A stretch of 64,000 nt of DNA from Antedon mediterranea (GCF_964355755.1 NC_092678.1:7270422-7334421); one strand, 5' to 3'; positions 21,101-34,700 are shown, counted from the first letter of the stretch. Program-made: numbers and translations. Notes: generated by a model not told the origin, from the letters alone.

Positions 21101-24100
21101 TGGGAAAATGTAAAAGTTTAAATACAATACAGGAAAATGAATATCTTATTGTATTTATTCATACATTTAGATAATAAACAATAGGCAAATATTATAGATA
21201 AAAAACACATAGCAATATTTAAATGCAAAAAAGATCTCTGTACCTAACATTTAAAAGCAAGTGTAAAATCTATGATACGGACACTTTTTATAGGCCTATA
21301 GGCTCTAAAATAAACCTAAATACCGGGCCTACCGCCATCCTTTACTTCTTACAATTTACTTACTGTAGTTTATTTCTATACTTATAAACAATTGGCTATG
21401 ATTTTAAATTGTTATCGGAACAAGTGACATTTCATGTGCGAGGTCCTTCTTGTGCGTCCGTCGCCTTCCAAATAGCGCGATGTGTTTGTTCGTAAAACTA
21501 TATCACATATTAACTCCATTGGCGAAAACACGTGAGCTTGTTCATAGATAAAGTCATGATTTTTTATAATATAACGATTAAAATTGAAATATTTTTTCAG
21601 GATTTGTAAATTCAAGGTGTTATCACGATTTTGTATGATTTTGGTCGGATTTTGTGCACACTACCATTTCGTAGGGTCTTCGCTTTCGAGGTCTTCGGTC
21701 TTCGATCTTCGCTTTCGAGGTCTTCGCTTTCGACACACCCTATAGTTTTACGAACAAACACATCGCGCTATTTGCAAGGCGACGGACGCACAAGAAGGAC
21801 CTCGCACATGAAAGGTCACTTGTTCCGATAACAATTTAAAATCATAGCCAATTGTTTATAAGTATAGAAATAAACTACAGTAAGTAAATTGTAAGAAGTA
21901 AAGGATGGCGGTAGGCCCGGTATTTAGGTTTATTTTAGAGCCTATAGGCCTATAAAAAGTGTCCGTATCATAGATTTTACACTTGCTTTTAAATGTTAGG
22001 TACAGAGATCTTTTTTGCATTTAAATATGTTGCTATGTGTTTTTTATCTATAATATTTGCCTATTGTTTATTATCTAAATGTATGAATAAATACAATAAG
22101 ATATTCATTTTCCTGTATTGTATTTAAACTTTTACATTTTCCCATTGTAACTATTGCTATTTTACTTAATCGCCAGTTTCAAAATGTTTTCTAATGTATT
22201 CATAATAGACAAATAATATGGCCTATATCAGTATCAGAATATTTAGTGTGGTTGGAGAAGCGACAGATGATGTAAAGAAAAATGTAAATTTTTTTTGGTT
22301 AATGAAATATTTAATTTCCTTTTTTGGAAAATAAATATTTCATTAACCAACGTATGAACCACTAAACAAAAAGAATTCTGCTGTTGGCGCGCGCAACAGA
22401 AAATCTATATATCCATCTTCTATCTATTTTGCATCCCCTCTTACGATCGAGAATCATGATGAACGTAATAAAGCAGAAATGGTGTTGAACACATCGGTTC
22501 CTACTAGTGATGACACGCAACGTTATTTTCTTACGGCGCACTTTGCGTCGATCTGAAAACCAATTTCAGCTCTTAAAATATTTCCCGGGCCAATGACAGT
22601 TCGTCCCAATAGCTTACCGTGAACTAACGGAACTTTATTTTATATCTTTGTATTGTCAAAGTAAAAAATAATACTGTATTCAAATTATGATTTGACAAAA
22701 GGCTAATACTGTAGAACGAACGATAGACATCACACTCTGAAAATTTTTCTTGATCGTTAACCCGTTATAATAGTATAATTCTGTTAGATTTGTTTGTATT
22801 AGTGTCAATTCTATATTTAAATGGTCAACAACCGGTAACCTGTTTCTTAATTAAAATTTTATGTTTTCTTTTGTTAATGGACACTCATGGCAGGGATGCA
22901 AACATTTAGAAGCGGGACGTCGACAATCTGTTGAAAATCGGGAGACTGTTGAATAGTCGTCTCAACCACAAGCATGTGAGATAGAAGGTTGGGGGTTAGA
23001 GTGGTTAAGCCCGATAAACATTCACCATCACTTAATAAAGATGTATAGAGAGTATCTCTTTTTGTATTCACCACGGGCAATGCTTGAAAACAAAAGTCAG
23101 TTTTTTATTTGATGATGAGGAAAATTCTGGTTGGCGGGACTGGAACTTCATTAAACTAATCTTTTGACAGTGTCGGTAAACGTAATATACCGATATGAAT
23201 AAACACCCGTTTTAATACTGAAAAATAAATTAAACGTAACACACTATCGTCACTAATCACATTGCAACCGTAACAAAATCGGCAACTTGTAATTTTGGAG
23301 GGAATATTTTTTATTTCAATCTTTGTTTTGAATGGCTTTTGTCTTTGTGAACGTTGACATAATGGCATAATTATTCGGAATTATGGAAGCCGTGAAACAG
23401 ATGATATGTCGCAGGAAACGACCGATTTATAACCAAAATTTGCAGAACGCTGATGCCTATATCGTTCGTTCTTTTTACTTCTTGTCAAATCATAATTTGA
23501 ATATATTCTGCCAAATTTGGCCCGGGAAATATTTTAAGAGCTGGAATTAGTTTCCAGATCGACGCAAAGTGCGCCTTAAGAACAAACTTGCGTGTCATCA
23601 TAAGTGGGAACCGACGTGTTCAACACCGACTGCTTTACGTTCATCATGATTCTCGATCGTAAGAGGGGATGCAAAAATAGATAGAAGAGTATTTTCTTAT
23701 GTTGCGCGCGCGTCAATACGATACGTTGCGGTAGGATGTTTTCGTTTAGTAGTTCATACGTTGGTTAATGAAATATTTATTTTACATTTTTCTTCTTTAC
23801 ATAGTACTGTCGCTTCACCAACCACACTAACCGATACTGATAATATTATTTGTCCATTATGAATACATTAGAAAAACATTTTTAAACTGGCGAATAATTA
23901 AATCAGCAATACTGTAGTATTGGCTACAATGGGGAAATGTACAAGTTTAAAATACTATACAGAATAACTAAAGGAAAATAAATATCTTATTGTATTTATT
24001 CATACATTTAGACAATAGGCAAATATTATAGATAATAAACATACAACATAATAATATTTCAATGCAAAAAAAAGGATCTCTAAGTTGTATTCACGCGTAC

Positions 24101-27100
24101 GTATAACATTTTTAAAAACAAATGTAAAATCTATGATACGGACACTTTTTATAGGCCTATAGGCTCTAAAATTAGGCTAAATAAGCATATGGCCATCCTT
24201 TACTTCTTACAATTTACTTACTTTAATTTATTTACTTTACTGTAGTTTATTTCTATACTTTTCTATACAGTTGGCTATGGCTTTAAATTGTAGGCGACGT
24301 GTGCTACAATACAAAGTTATCGGAAAAAGTGACATTTAATGTTGCATTCAATTCGAGGTCCTTCTTGTGTGTCCGTCGCCTTGCAAATAGCGCGATGTGT
24401 TTGTTCGTAAAACTATATCACATATTAACTCCATTGGCGAAAACACGTGAGCTTGTTCATAGATAAAGTCATGTTTTTTGATAACATAACGATTAAAATC
24501 GAAATATTTTTTTAGAATCTGTAAATTGAAGGTGTTATCATCGATTTTGGTCGGATTTTGTGCACACTACCATTTCGTAGGGTCTTCGCTTTCGAGGTCT
24601 TCGGTCTTCGATCTTCGCTTTCGAGGTCTTCGCTTTCGACACACCCGCCTAGGTAGGCCTAGCCTAGCTAGCTTGTTGGAGGAGGCGAGTATAGGCCTAG
24701 GCTAGGCCGCCCTCTTATGTGGTTGGCATATCATAAGACTAGCCTAGGGCCAGGCCTCCTTCCTACTACTACTAGCCTAGCTAGCTAGGCGTCTAGCTAC
24801 CCACTGCTTGCTTGCATGGCCTTTCCTTTGATTGTTGTAGGCCTGTCTGGCCTAGACTCTAGAGTATACTATAGCAGGCTAGCTACTAGGCTAGGCCTAT
24901 ATATTCAATAATTCACAAATATTTTTTTTTTCATTATTTTAGGAAAACTAAAGAGTAAACGAATGACGTGTAAAATGAAATACAAGATTGAGAAAAAGGT
25001 GAGTCAATTTGAAATGTTTTAAAAAAGATTCTTTAAAAATAATATTAATATTAATTGTTTATACAATATTAACTAACAATTATAAGAAATCATACACTAT
25101 TTTTAGGTAAAGATACTGTAGGCTATATTGATTTTTTTGTTTAAAGTCAAATTATAGAAATTAAATCTTCGATTGCTCTTGGTCTATGTTTTTTAATGAC
25201 TAGGCCTAAACCTACCACTAAATAATAGATTTATTTATTTATTAATTTCAACAATATTTTACGGGTTGTCCATCCAGTCGAGATTTTATATATAAGTTTC
25301 TTACACCATGTTTAATACTGGTTGAAGCCAATTTAGGCAAAACCTGCTTCGGGAGAAACTGTGAATAATGTTCTTTATATATTTTTATTTTTTACTTAGG
25401 TCAAAGCTCATGATAAAAAGGCACAAAGAAAGAGCAAAAAGGAACCACATAGAAAGCCTAAAAAGGAAATTGGAATACCAAATTTGGCACCTTTCAAAGA
25501 AAAGATATTGAGAGAAGCAGAAGAGAGGAAAGTCAGAGTAAGTATACTGTGGTCAAAGAATGTTTACAGTGGACGTCTTGCCGGTCAAAATGATAAACAG
25601 TTTGTCAAAAAAGTTCAGTGCAATTGAAGTTTAAGTAGTTATTATTGGAGCAAGACAGAAAATGTTTGGTATTAATTTATTAATTTTTTTCAGGCAGAAG
25701 AAAACAAACAACGTCAAAAAGAACAAAGACACAAAGATCTTATAAAGAAAAGAAAACTTGAGCATCTAACAAAAGATGCTGTAAAGAAACAGAAACTATA
25801 TGCAAAAAAGGTAAATGATGATCCACAAGAAGAATTTTCCTAAAACAAGATGTTTCATTTAAGTTTGTTCTTGCTAAGTGACATCTAATAGATTATTGAA
25901 ATGGAAGAAACTGACTACCAATAAAAAAATATTCAGTGTGCACTTAAATTTCAATCAACTGGCTCAATTTGCAGTTCATTAACAGCTTTAACTATGGTTA
26001 ACAATGAGTGCGTACATGAACTTTCTCCCTTTTACTTCAACACCTATCACTGTTTTTGCTGTGCTTCAAAATGTTGTTTGGGTTTTTTTCAAGTTGTTTA
26101 ACCTGGATCATGTTAGTTAATTTATACCAAGTTAGACTAAAGTTTCCTTTCAGAAAAAGTTAACCTAGTTAGACCAAGTTTAACCTGTTAAAGTTAATTA
26201 ACCTATTTAGACAAGTTATTTAACCTATTTAGACCAAGTGAATTAACTTATTTAGACCAAGTTAATTAACCATGTTGGTTATCTGCACAGAATGTTTAGT
26301 ATGCAAAAGGTTTAAATAGTCATAAAAGTTGACGCATTTATTACCATTTTTTATGTAGATGGCATTACAAGGAGAGTCAGATGCTGTAACTAATACTCGT
26401 AAAGAAATTGATTCTACACGGAAAGCCTACTACCGCGAATTTAAAAAGGTTCTAAATGCCTCGGATGTCGTTTTACAAGTTCTTGATGCTCGTGACCCTC
26501 TCAGCTCACGATGCACTGAACTGGAACAAGCAGTCCTTGCTTCCGGATTGGATAAAAAATTAGTACTTATTCTAAATAAAATAGGTGAGTTCAGTTTAGT
26601 GTGAAAATACATTCTTATGATTGATACTACCATATTTAGTGTGCCATACCCAAATATGGTAGTGCTATGGTGTCCATTTATGGGCATATCACATTCTTTT
26701 GTCACATAAAGTTCGATAGTGTAGACAGAGCTTATGTATCGCAGTAAACACAATCAATAGCACAGTGTTTGGTTGACTATATAGCAAAAAAATTGTAAAA
26801 ACCGTGGAGAAATTGTGCTTTTTTGTGATATATATGATATAGCTTCAAATTTTGAGTGAACTTGTATTTAATCAAATTAAACTTTTCTACTCTTAATTAT
26901 AATCAGTTTTTGTTCGTAAATAAGGAAATTTACAGTAGTATATGGTTGCATAAGCATTTCCATGCATTCTCCTACATTCTTTGGTAATTCTGAAGCTCTG
27001 TTTACAGTACAGTATAAAAAAAAAATGTGATGTGCCTATATATGGACATGATGATGTCATATCACTACCACATTTAATCATATCACTACCATATTTGTGT

Positions 27101-30100
27101 ATATCTGTGCAATAATAATGCAATCTCTTGGTTTTTACCTTATTTATTAACAAAGCGCTCTCTTTATTTCAGATCTTGTACCAAAAGAAAATGCAGAAAA
27201 ATGGTTGAAACATCTTAGAAACGAGTTTCCAACAGTCGCGTTCAAAGCATCCACACAAACGCAGAAACAAAATTTGGTAAGCATGAGAAATTACTTTTCA
27301 TATTATTTGTCTTTATTTTGGGATTCATATCTATAGAAAACCGTATAACAAAATAATCTTAGAAACAAATCCACAAACCGTGTATAAAGGAGTTGAAATT
27401 GATTTATGTGACAAAAAGATCTTAGTTTAGTTGGATATTTCCCAAACTCTGACGTAATTATACGGAATACTTGGTACATGGGATAATATTTGTGAAACCA
27501 AGTTTGTTGGGCAAGGAATTGTTTTCACAAGTAATGTGTCAGTACAATTACGCCTGCGACAGATTTAAAAAGGCATCCAACTTGCATTCAATAATGCAGA
27601 TTTGTAGGCTGATGTAAAAGTGATTGTACATCAACCAAAATTTAGTGTTTTTCTTAAAAATTAATCTTAATTTGATCAGCTATGGAATTTTCTTTTTTTT
27701 CTCTCTATAGGGTCGTAGTAAAATTCCTGTTAATCTAAGCAGTAAAGATCTTCTTCAGTCAAGTCAGTGCTTGGGAGCAGAATCTTTAATTAAACTGTTA
27801 GCTAATTATTGTAGAAATTCGGGTATCAAGACTACTATAACAGTTGGTGTTGTAGGTATGTGAAAACATATTATTCATGTTTAAAAGCAATGCTAAAGCA
27901 TTCTCACCAGAGCTGGAAGCAGTACAGCATAACACTCTACACATCTACCATGACACTCTACACAACTACCATAACACTCTACACATCTACCATGACACTC
28001 TACATATCTACCATGACACTCTACGCATCTACCATGACGCTCTACACATCTATCATGACACTCTACACATCTATCATGACACTCTACACATCTATCATGA
28101 CACTCTACCCATCTATCATGACACTCTACATATCTATCATTACACTCTACATATCTATCATTACACTCTACATATCTATCATGACACTCTACACATCTAC
28201 CATGACACTACACATCTACCATGATGCTCTATACATCTACTGTAATGCTTCTACTGTGACGCTCTACACATCTATAATGATGATCTAAACATCTACCATG
28301 ACACTCTACATATCTATCATGACATTTGACAACTCTAATGTGATGCTTAACATCTACTGTGATGCTCTACACATCTATCATGACACTTCTTATCATGACA
28401 CTTGACACTTATGTAAGACTCAACATTTCATTTACCGTAACACCAAACACTGTAACAGTCAACACTTGTAACACTCTACACATCTTAGTGTGGCTCTCGA
28501 CACTTCTTAATTTGACACTCAACATTTCTTGCTGTGGCACCCGACATTTCTTGCCTTAATGCTTCTTAACACTCGGCACTTACCATAACACTCGGCACTT
28601 CTTATCATGACACTTCCTCCAAAAACACTCTGCACTTCTTACCATTCTATCGTGACACTTCTTATCATAACACTTCTTACCATAACACTCGACACTTCTT
28701 ATCGTGACACTTACTATAACACTATGCATTCTCACCATTCTTCTCGTGACACTTTTTACCATGACTCTTCTTATCGTGACACTTCTCACTATAACACTTA
28801 ACACTTCTTACTATTCTTATCGTGACACTTCTTACCATAACACTTGACACCTCTTACTATGACTCTCGACACCTTTTACTAACGCTTAACAGCTCAACAT
28901 GTCGGTATATGGACTCTAATTATAGCCTCAGTTTTAACTTTATAAATGCTGTATCTATTGTAGGTTTTCCAAATGTTGGCAAGAGTAGCTTAATAAATTC
29001 TTTGAAAAGGTCAAGGACCTGTAACGTTGGTGCAATGCCAGGTGTCACAAAGTAAGTAGGCAAATTATTTAGGTGGGAGGTTCATTTTTTTAGCATTTCC
29101 ACATTACATAAATAAAAAAAATAGAAAATATTAGATTAGGTAAAATTGCAGTTAGTATAAGAGTGGCTACAGTACTGTTGTTGTGTATTAATAGTATATA
29201 AACCAATAATATATTTTCTTGTAGATCGATGCAAGAGGTCCATCTGGATAAGCATGTTAGGTTACTGGATAGTCCTGGTGTTGTGCTTGCTTCAGGCAAT
29301 GATGATGCTGCCATGGCTCTTAGAAACTGTGTCAAGGTTAGTCAATCATCAGGGACACGACAAGATGACTAACGGCTATGCTTGTTCCATCGTTTTTTCA
29401 TCGTACTGACGTGGGTATAATCCCATACTCGGGTATAAGGCAATGTGAAAATAATCCACGGATTTGACTTTTTGGAGTCCATAATAGGCAAAATAATTTT
29501 TTTTTTTTTTGTAGATTGAAACTTTGGATGATCAAATTGGGCCTGTTCAGGCAATATTGAGAAGATGTAACAGGAGTCAGGTAAGTGAAGTACAATCATT
29601 TGTTTGTGCATATACACTGTCAGAGTAACAGTAGGCAATTTAGTTTTCATGGTTCGATATTGATGAGTAACAAATTACAAACATAGACAAATTATGACTA
29701 AGATACGACTAGGAATTTTAGAATTAGAAATTGAAAAAGGAAGATGGAATTGTATAAATAGAAATGAAAGATTATGCAAATTATGTGCTTTACAATCAAT
29801 TGAAGATGAATATCATTTCACTTTAGTTTGTCCATTTTATTCAGATATTAGAACTAAATATATGTTTTCCTTTTATACAAACAACCCAACTAAATTAAAA
29901 TATATTTATCTTATGTCTGCCACAAATACTGATCTTATTGTTAAACTTGGAAAATATTTATTTTTTTCATTTAAACGTAGAACAGAATTTTTAAACGCAC
30001 TCAACTGATATTTATTTAATATTGTATTACATTGTATATTATTTGGGCCAAAGGCCATATATAATAAATGTTTCTTGGATCTCCAAGAAAGAAAGAAAGA

Positions 30101-33074
30101 AAGAAAGATGAAATAAAACAAAATAATTAATAAATACTCGACACATTTAAACATTTTAAAATGTTTAATATAATATTGTTTTAATTATTGTTTTATTATT
30201 GTTTTATTATTGTTTTTATTATTGTTTTATTTTTAATATTGTTTTACTATAAAAATTAAAGTGTGACACCTCTTATTGCAATTTGTGACCCAACACGGGC
30301 ATTTTTAAATGCATGCAATTAGCCAAAAATAAAAATAAAAATTTCTCAGATAATTAAAACTTATAATTTCTAAAATCTTTTAGTTAATGATGCATTATTC
30401 AGTGCCAGAATTTAGTGATGTTCATGAATTTTTGTCATTACTGGCTAACAAACAAGGCAAGCTGAAGAAGGGTGGAATACCAGATGTTGACAAAGCAGCT
30501 GTGGGTGTGCTCATAGATTGGAACAGGTTACTGTTATTTCTTTATACTGGGTAGCCTTTTCAGTCAAAAACTGTTCTCCCAGAGGAACCAGTTATGATCA
30601 GTGGCTGTGTGGGTTAGTACACCGGGGTGACCCCCTACTCGTCTCGAAAGATGTACTAGATTCTTTAAAGTGCACACGAGCTAGATGTGTACACTGGACC
30701 TGCGGTTTATAGTCCTTATCCGAGAAGACTCTACCACATGGAGCGAGTGACCCCCGAACCCTTACTGATGCTATGGCTACGTTATTACGGTTGTACTGTC
30801 TTAACCGCTCTGCCACTCACTCAATTAGTATGAGAAATCAAATATAAAAAGACAGAGAATTCTATCTTGTAACAGGAGTGTAAACAGTTGGGTCTATGGT
30901 GGTGGGATATCAATTGACCCTTCAAAATGATTTATGGGAGATCAACCTTTTTATCCCTCCTTCCTAAAATTGTCAAGTCAAATCCTTGCATGCCCTGCAC
31001 ATGGAACCATCCTCCTCCTTAGGTACCTTTCACAAGGAGAATTTATTCTCACGAATCAAACATTTTCACAGAAAACAAAAATTACGCTACACTTTCCACT
31101 AAACAAAAGGCAATAGCTGCAATTTTTTTATTTTTTTTGCTGTTCGATTCGCATGAGTGCTCATGAAAACGTTATGATTGGTTGCGCAATTATTAACATT
31201 CCAAAAATAGAAACTATTTGAACTACTAAATTTACTTGAATGCAAAACTAAATGAATTAGAATTCATCGCAGAAAGGGATTTGGAAGATGAAAATAACAA
31301 AACACAAGCGTATAAAGGCACCGCCCTCAATTTGCGCTAACAAATTCGTGGAAAACCAGCTTTAGTAGGTGATTTGAATCATAATTTTTCATCAATATAA
31401 ATATTTTTCCTTACCCCCTTATAGGACAACCTAAAGTTTTTTAATTTGTTTTTCTTTTGGTGTAGCGGAAAAATATCCTATTACACACATCCACCAGAAC
31501 AGCACACCTTACCAACACACATAACAGCAGAAATTGTGACAGAGTTAGGCAAAGCATTTGATATGTCTGCTCTTGAGAAAGAAGAAAAAGAAATTCTGCA
31601 AGGTAAAAGTATAGTGGTACTAGTATAAAATGTTGCCATTGTATGTGGGTTGGAAGGTTAAAGAAACTTGCCACTACTTTGACATCACAAAAAAGATGTT
31701 TTCATGACGACTTTCATTTTCATTCAATAGGGGTGTCACTATATCCAATCAAATTTGAATAATGCCTATGAAAGCCCCAGTGATCTAATGGTAGGATGTC
31801 TGCATATCAGGCAGAAAATGCTGGTTTCAAATATCAGTTAGGCCAACGGATTCCGTCAACTTTGATGAGAAAAAGCCATCCCAACCAAGGTTTAATGGTT
31901 TCTTGTGTAAATATCTTAGGTCTACACACTAAGCCAAGCTCTGCAATTTTGTACGAGTCTACTGGTCCCTCAAAGGGAATTGTTGAAGATGACAATGAGC
32001 TTCAAAGTGTTGAGGAAGAGATGGAGAATAGCGAAGATGGGGAATCTGAAGAGGAAGAAGAAGATGAGGAGTCAATGGAGGAAAGCGATGAAGATGACAA
32101 TAAGAAAGATAAGGTTAGAATACATAGATGTAGAACCAATCTGTGTTCTTTTCCCACCTGAATATGCAAATCAGCCAGTTGAATATGTAAATTCAAAACT
32201 GTATATCACATACCTCATATAACCTCAGATGAAATTGTTTTTTAGTTTGAAAAAATACAGTATTTTACATTTTCTTATAGTTGTCTGGTGTAACGGTTAA
32301 CTTGCCATCTAAGAAGGCCAATCAGAAACAAGCATCATCTATGGCATCAGTTGCTAAGTTACCGGCTTACATGTTTGCGAACCCGAATGAAAATGTTGAT
32401 ATTACAAACGATGATCATACATTAACAGCCAATAAGAACCAGAAGAAATCGTACAAGAAAATGCTAAAGAAACGCCGAAGAGCTGGTATGTCTTGCTTCT
32501 TCATATGCATTGTAGTATCAACTGCTGTGAAGGCCGTCTGATCATTGTAAACCATTATGGAAATTCATGAGCCATGTTTTTTTCCATATACCTTCTTTAT
32601 TTGCCCATCAGAATTGAAACACTGCTCAACGGTACAACAAAAATGTCAAAGATTTTTATCTATTTATTTTTTCACTGTCAATTTCAGTATTTAATTATTA
32701 TTCTATATTTGTTCAATGCAAATTGTACATAAAGGCAGCTTTATGTTTACCATTATAATCTTGTTACCATGACATTAATACCTATTTCATTAGAAAATTA
32801 ATAGTGTACAATTCACTGATGATGATTCTAGATGGGCTTCTTTTCGAGATTACATTTGCAAACCAAAGCGGACACCTTATTTTGAAGTTTTTCTATATAT
32901 ACGTATTATTTTTTTTTCTTTTTCATCAGAAAATAAATACATTGAATATTTTTTATTATTTCAGATGCTGTGGCAACAAGCTTAGCTGACAATTTCACCT
33001 CCGCATTTGAAATGTTAGGAGGAAGTGCTGATCAGGACAACGATGATTATGATTTCAAGACGGATTTCAAATAA
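18167..33074 (+). CDS. GNL3: Nucleostemin / GNL3-GNL3L family circularly permuted GTPase (~620 aa)
   Basis: Exons 18167-18188, 24943-24998, 25400-25537, 25694-25810, 26359-26584, 27173-27276, 27711-27855, 28964-29051, 29225-29336, 29515-29580, 30384-30526, 31466-31602, 31920-32113, 32281-32485 and 32965-33074 join in frame (1863 nt). Motifs: basic N-terminus [34 protein letters not shown] (G4), GFPNVGKS (G1), PGVT (G2), DSPG (G3), an acidic tract, and C-terminal YDFKTDF. Confidence 0.95.
18336..24646. mobile_element. Non-autonomous long-TIR (MULE/foldback-like) element, outer copy, ~3.14 kb once the nested copy is removed
   Basis: Termini GGGTGTGTCGAAAGCGAAG..CTTCGCTTTCGACACACCC. 10-bp TSD GCCTAGGTAG at 18326-18335 and 24647-24656. 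Confidence 0.92.
18584..21740. mobile_element. Second copy of the same element, nested in the left TIR of the first in opposite orientation
   Basis: Same termini. 10-bp TSD TATAGTTTTA at 18574-18583 and 21741-21750. ~1.2-kb imperfect TIRs surround a ~700-bp core (~19800-20500). Confidence 0.93.
27930..28880. repeat. Compound minisatellite (21-bp CATCTAYCATGACACTCTACA grading into CTTCTTAYCRTRACACT-type units) in a GNL3 intron
   Basis: Direct reading. Confidence 0.9.
29660..30107 (+). mobile_element. 3' fragment of a LINE (RTE-X-like C-terminal zinc knuckle)
   Basis: ORF 29694-30008 reads [27 protein letters not shown], followed by AATAAA and a (GAAA)n tail. Confidence 0.8.
30531..30822 (-). 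mobile_element. tRNA-derived SINE with Nin/Deu-like conserved core
   Basis: Head GAGTGAGTGGCAGAGCGGTTAAG..GGGTTCG. Core GTCTTCTCGGATAAGGACTATAAACCGCAGGTCC..GCACTTTAAAGAA..GAGTAGGGGGTCACCCCGGTGT. Three copies in the window. Confidence 0.78.
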
Positions 33075-33396
33075 ATATCAGATATGTTTTAAATACCCTA
33101 CATAATTCTGATAATTATTTGTAACAAGATTTGTTTTAAATATAAAATAAGTTTTATTTCATTTTAATTACAAAAACGGCCAACATTGAAAACCTAAATA
33201 GGAAGAAGAACACCACATAAAATAAAAACAAGATTGGAACTTTATATTAAAGAATACAACAATAGAACTAGCAAACTGTTACAATAGTAATATAATAGTA
33301 ACCTACTTGAAATAAAAATTACTTTTTTGTTGAACTGGTTTATAAATAATGACTGTTTATGAGTTCAAAATATTCATTATTATAACACCTACTTTT

Positions 33397-33578
33397 ATCC
33401 AATTTATCCATGCTAAATCATTGATGAATGCTAGGCCGTGAAGTCAGGCCATTAAAATCCAATTTATCCATGCTAAATCATTGATGAATGCTAGGCCGTG
33501 AAGTCAGGCCATTAAAATCCAATTTATCCATGCTAAATCATTGATGAATGCTAGGCCGTGAAGTCAGGCCATTAAAAT
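33397..33578. repeat. Perfect 60-bp tandem triplication downstream of GNL3
   Basis: Three identical consecutive 60-nt units. Confidence 0.95.
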
Positions 33579-34438
33579 AAGGATTGCTGCAACTTTAGAT
33601 GCGGATTAGAACAAGTTGGTTTCTGAATTTCAATGTCACATGGCAAAGATTCTCAATGATTACAGGAAACTGAATATCACCATTAGATATCACTTAAATA
33701 GGGCTAATTTCAAATGACATGTGATGTGTAATTAACCAATCAAATTGCAAGAATACAATCAAGTGTGTTATAATATACAAATGTGAGTTGAATGGTAAGA
33801 ATATTTCATGAGTTGCAAGATTGACTGTTCTATTTAACAAGCTGGATGTTACTAATTACGACAACATATCAAGTGTGCAGACAAACCATTTTATACTTTG
33901 AAATACTGATGTTCTTAGTTCAATCCGGGAAGAGTGAGATTGTAATCTCATTCGTCCCTGGTTTAATCCAACACAAAGTATATCTCCTCGGAAAGCTCTT
34001 CAGATGAATGAACGCCATGGCAGTTATTACCAAGTATTCACATATTCCATTGGCTTTTATATTGTTTTTGTAAAAGCAGAAAAAAAATATGAAAGTCAAA
34101 GTAAAAATAAGCCAAGCAGTAGGAAACGAACAAAGAAAAACACCAACAAAACATTGTTGTCAACAATTACCAGAAATAAACACAATTGTAGCATTGAGGA
34201 AATTATATTTCCTCAATCAACTAAACATAATTGCAATAGAAAATTCATTCATTTTGAAAACAATTGTAAGTTGCTAGATTAAACTACTTGGACTTAATTA
34301 TAGTTTTTCATTTTCAAAATAGAAATACTCTATTCACAGCTTAATTATACACCACAATTAAATTAACATTGGATATACAGTAAATTATGCATTTAGTGTT
34401 AGCAGGGAAGAGTGTAATTTAACTCTTCCCTGGTGTTA

Positions 34439-34452
34439 GTTACCATGGAGAT
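34439..34452. promoter_or_regulatory. RFX X-box-like motif GTTACCATGGAGAT (also at 43627-43640, 57402-57415 and 58690-58703)
   Basis: Near-palindromic match to the X-box consensus GTTNCCATGGNAAC, at a similar distance upstream of four paralogous ATGs. Confidence 0.55.
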
Positions 34453-34526
34453 ATTTCTGGATCAACATTGTAGCTTTAAAACAAGAATTATACAATTATT
34501 GTATGACTTTTCTTCAAGCTACAAAA

Positions 34527-34700
34527 ATGGAATTTCAGTATGCGAAATTTTTGGTTTTTATTTTGTACTGGACCGTTTGTAAATCAAGTAAGTCTAAAGA
34601 TTTTTTTTTAATTCAATCATCTTATCTTTATCTTGTTTTATATTGAATAGAATTGAAAAGAATACATGGATCTATTTGCAAGTGTTTTCAAGTAAGGATA
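34527..34700 (+). pseudogene. Truncated paralog of the secreted-protein family (signal-peptide exon 34527-34587)
   Basis: MEFQYAKFLVFILYWTVCKS followed by a GTAAGT donor, homologous to 43841-43907. The next acceptor at 34650 leads into sequence interrupted by a MITE at ~34710. Confidence 0.6.

Noticed and set aside
18461-23368. Repeated short ORFs ([10 protein letters not shown].., MPVVNTKRD..)
   Set aside because: They recur only because the transposon arms and core are duplicated; no coding motifs are evident.
18584-24646. Palindrome as an assembly artefact
   Set aside because: Two independent 10-bp TSDs and scattered differences between the arms indicate real nested insertions, though read-level confirmation is still advisable.
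27860-28804. His/Thr-rich ORFs
   Set aside because: Translations of an intronic minisatellite.
31774-31846. tRNA-like sequence in a GNL3 intron
   Set aside because: A/B-box-like words are present but the stems do not pair well; at best a decayed tRNA-derived repeat.
24999-32964. Intronic C/D snoRNAs (vertebrate GNL3 is a snoRNA host)
   Set aside because: Box C-like words at ~25815, ~29364 and ~32819 lack convincing spacing, D boxes or rRNA antisense elements; an Infernal/snoscan run is needed.
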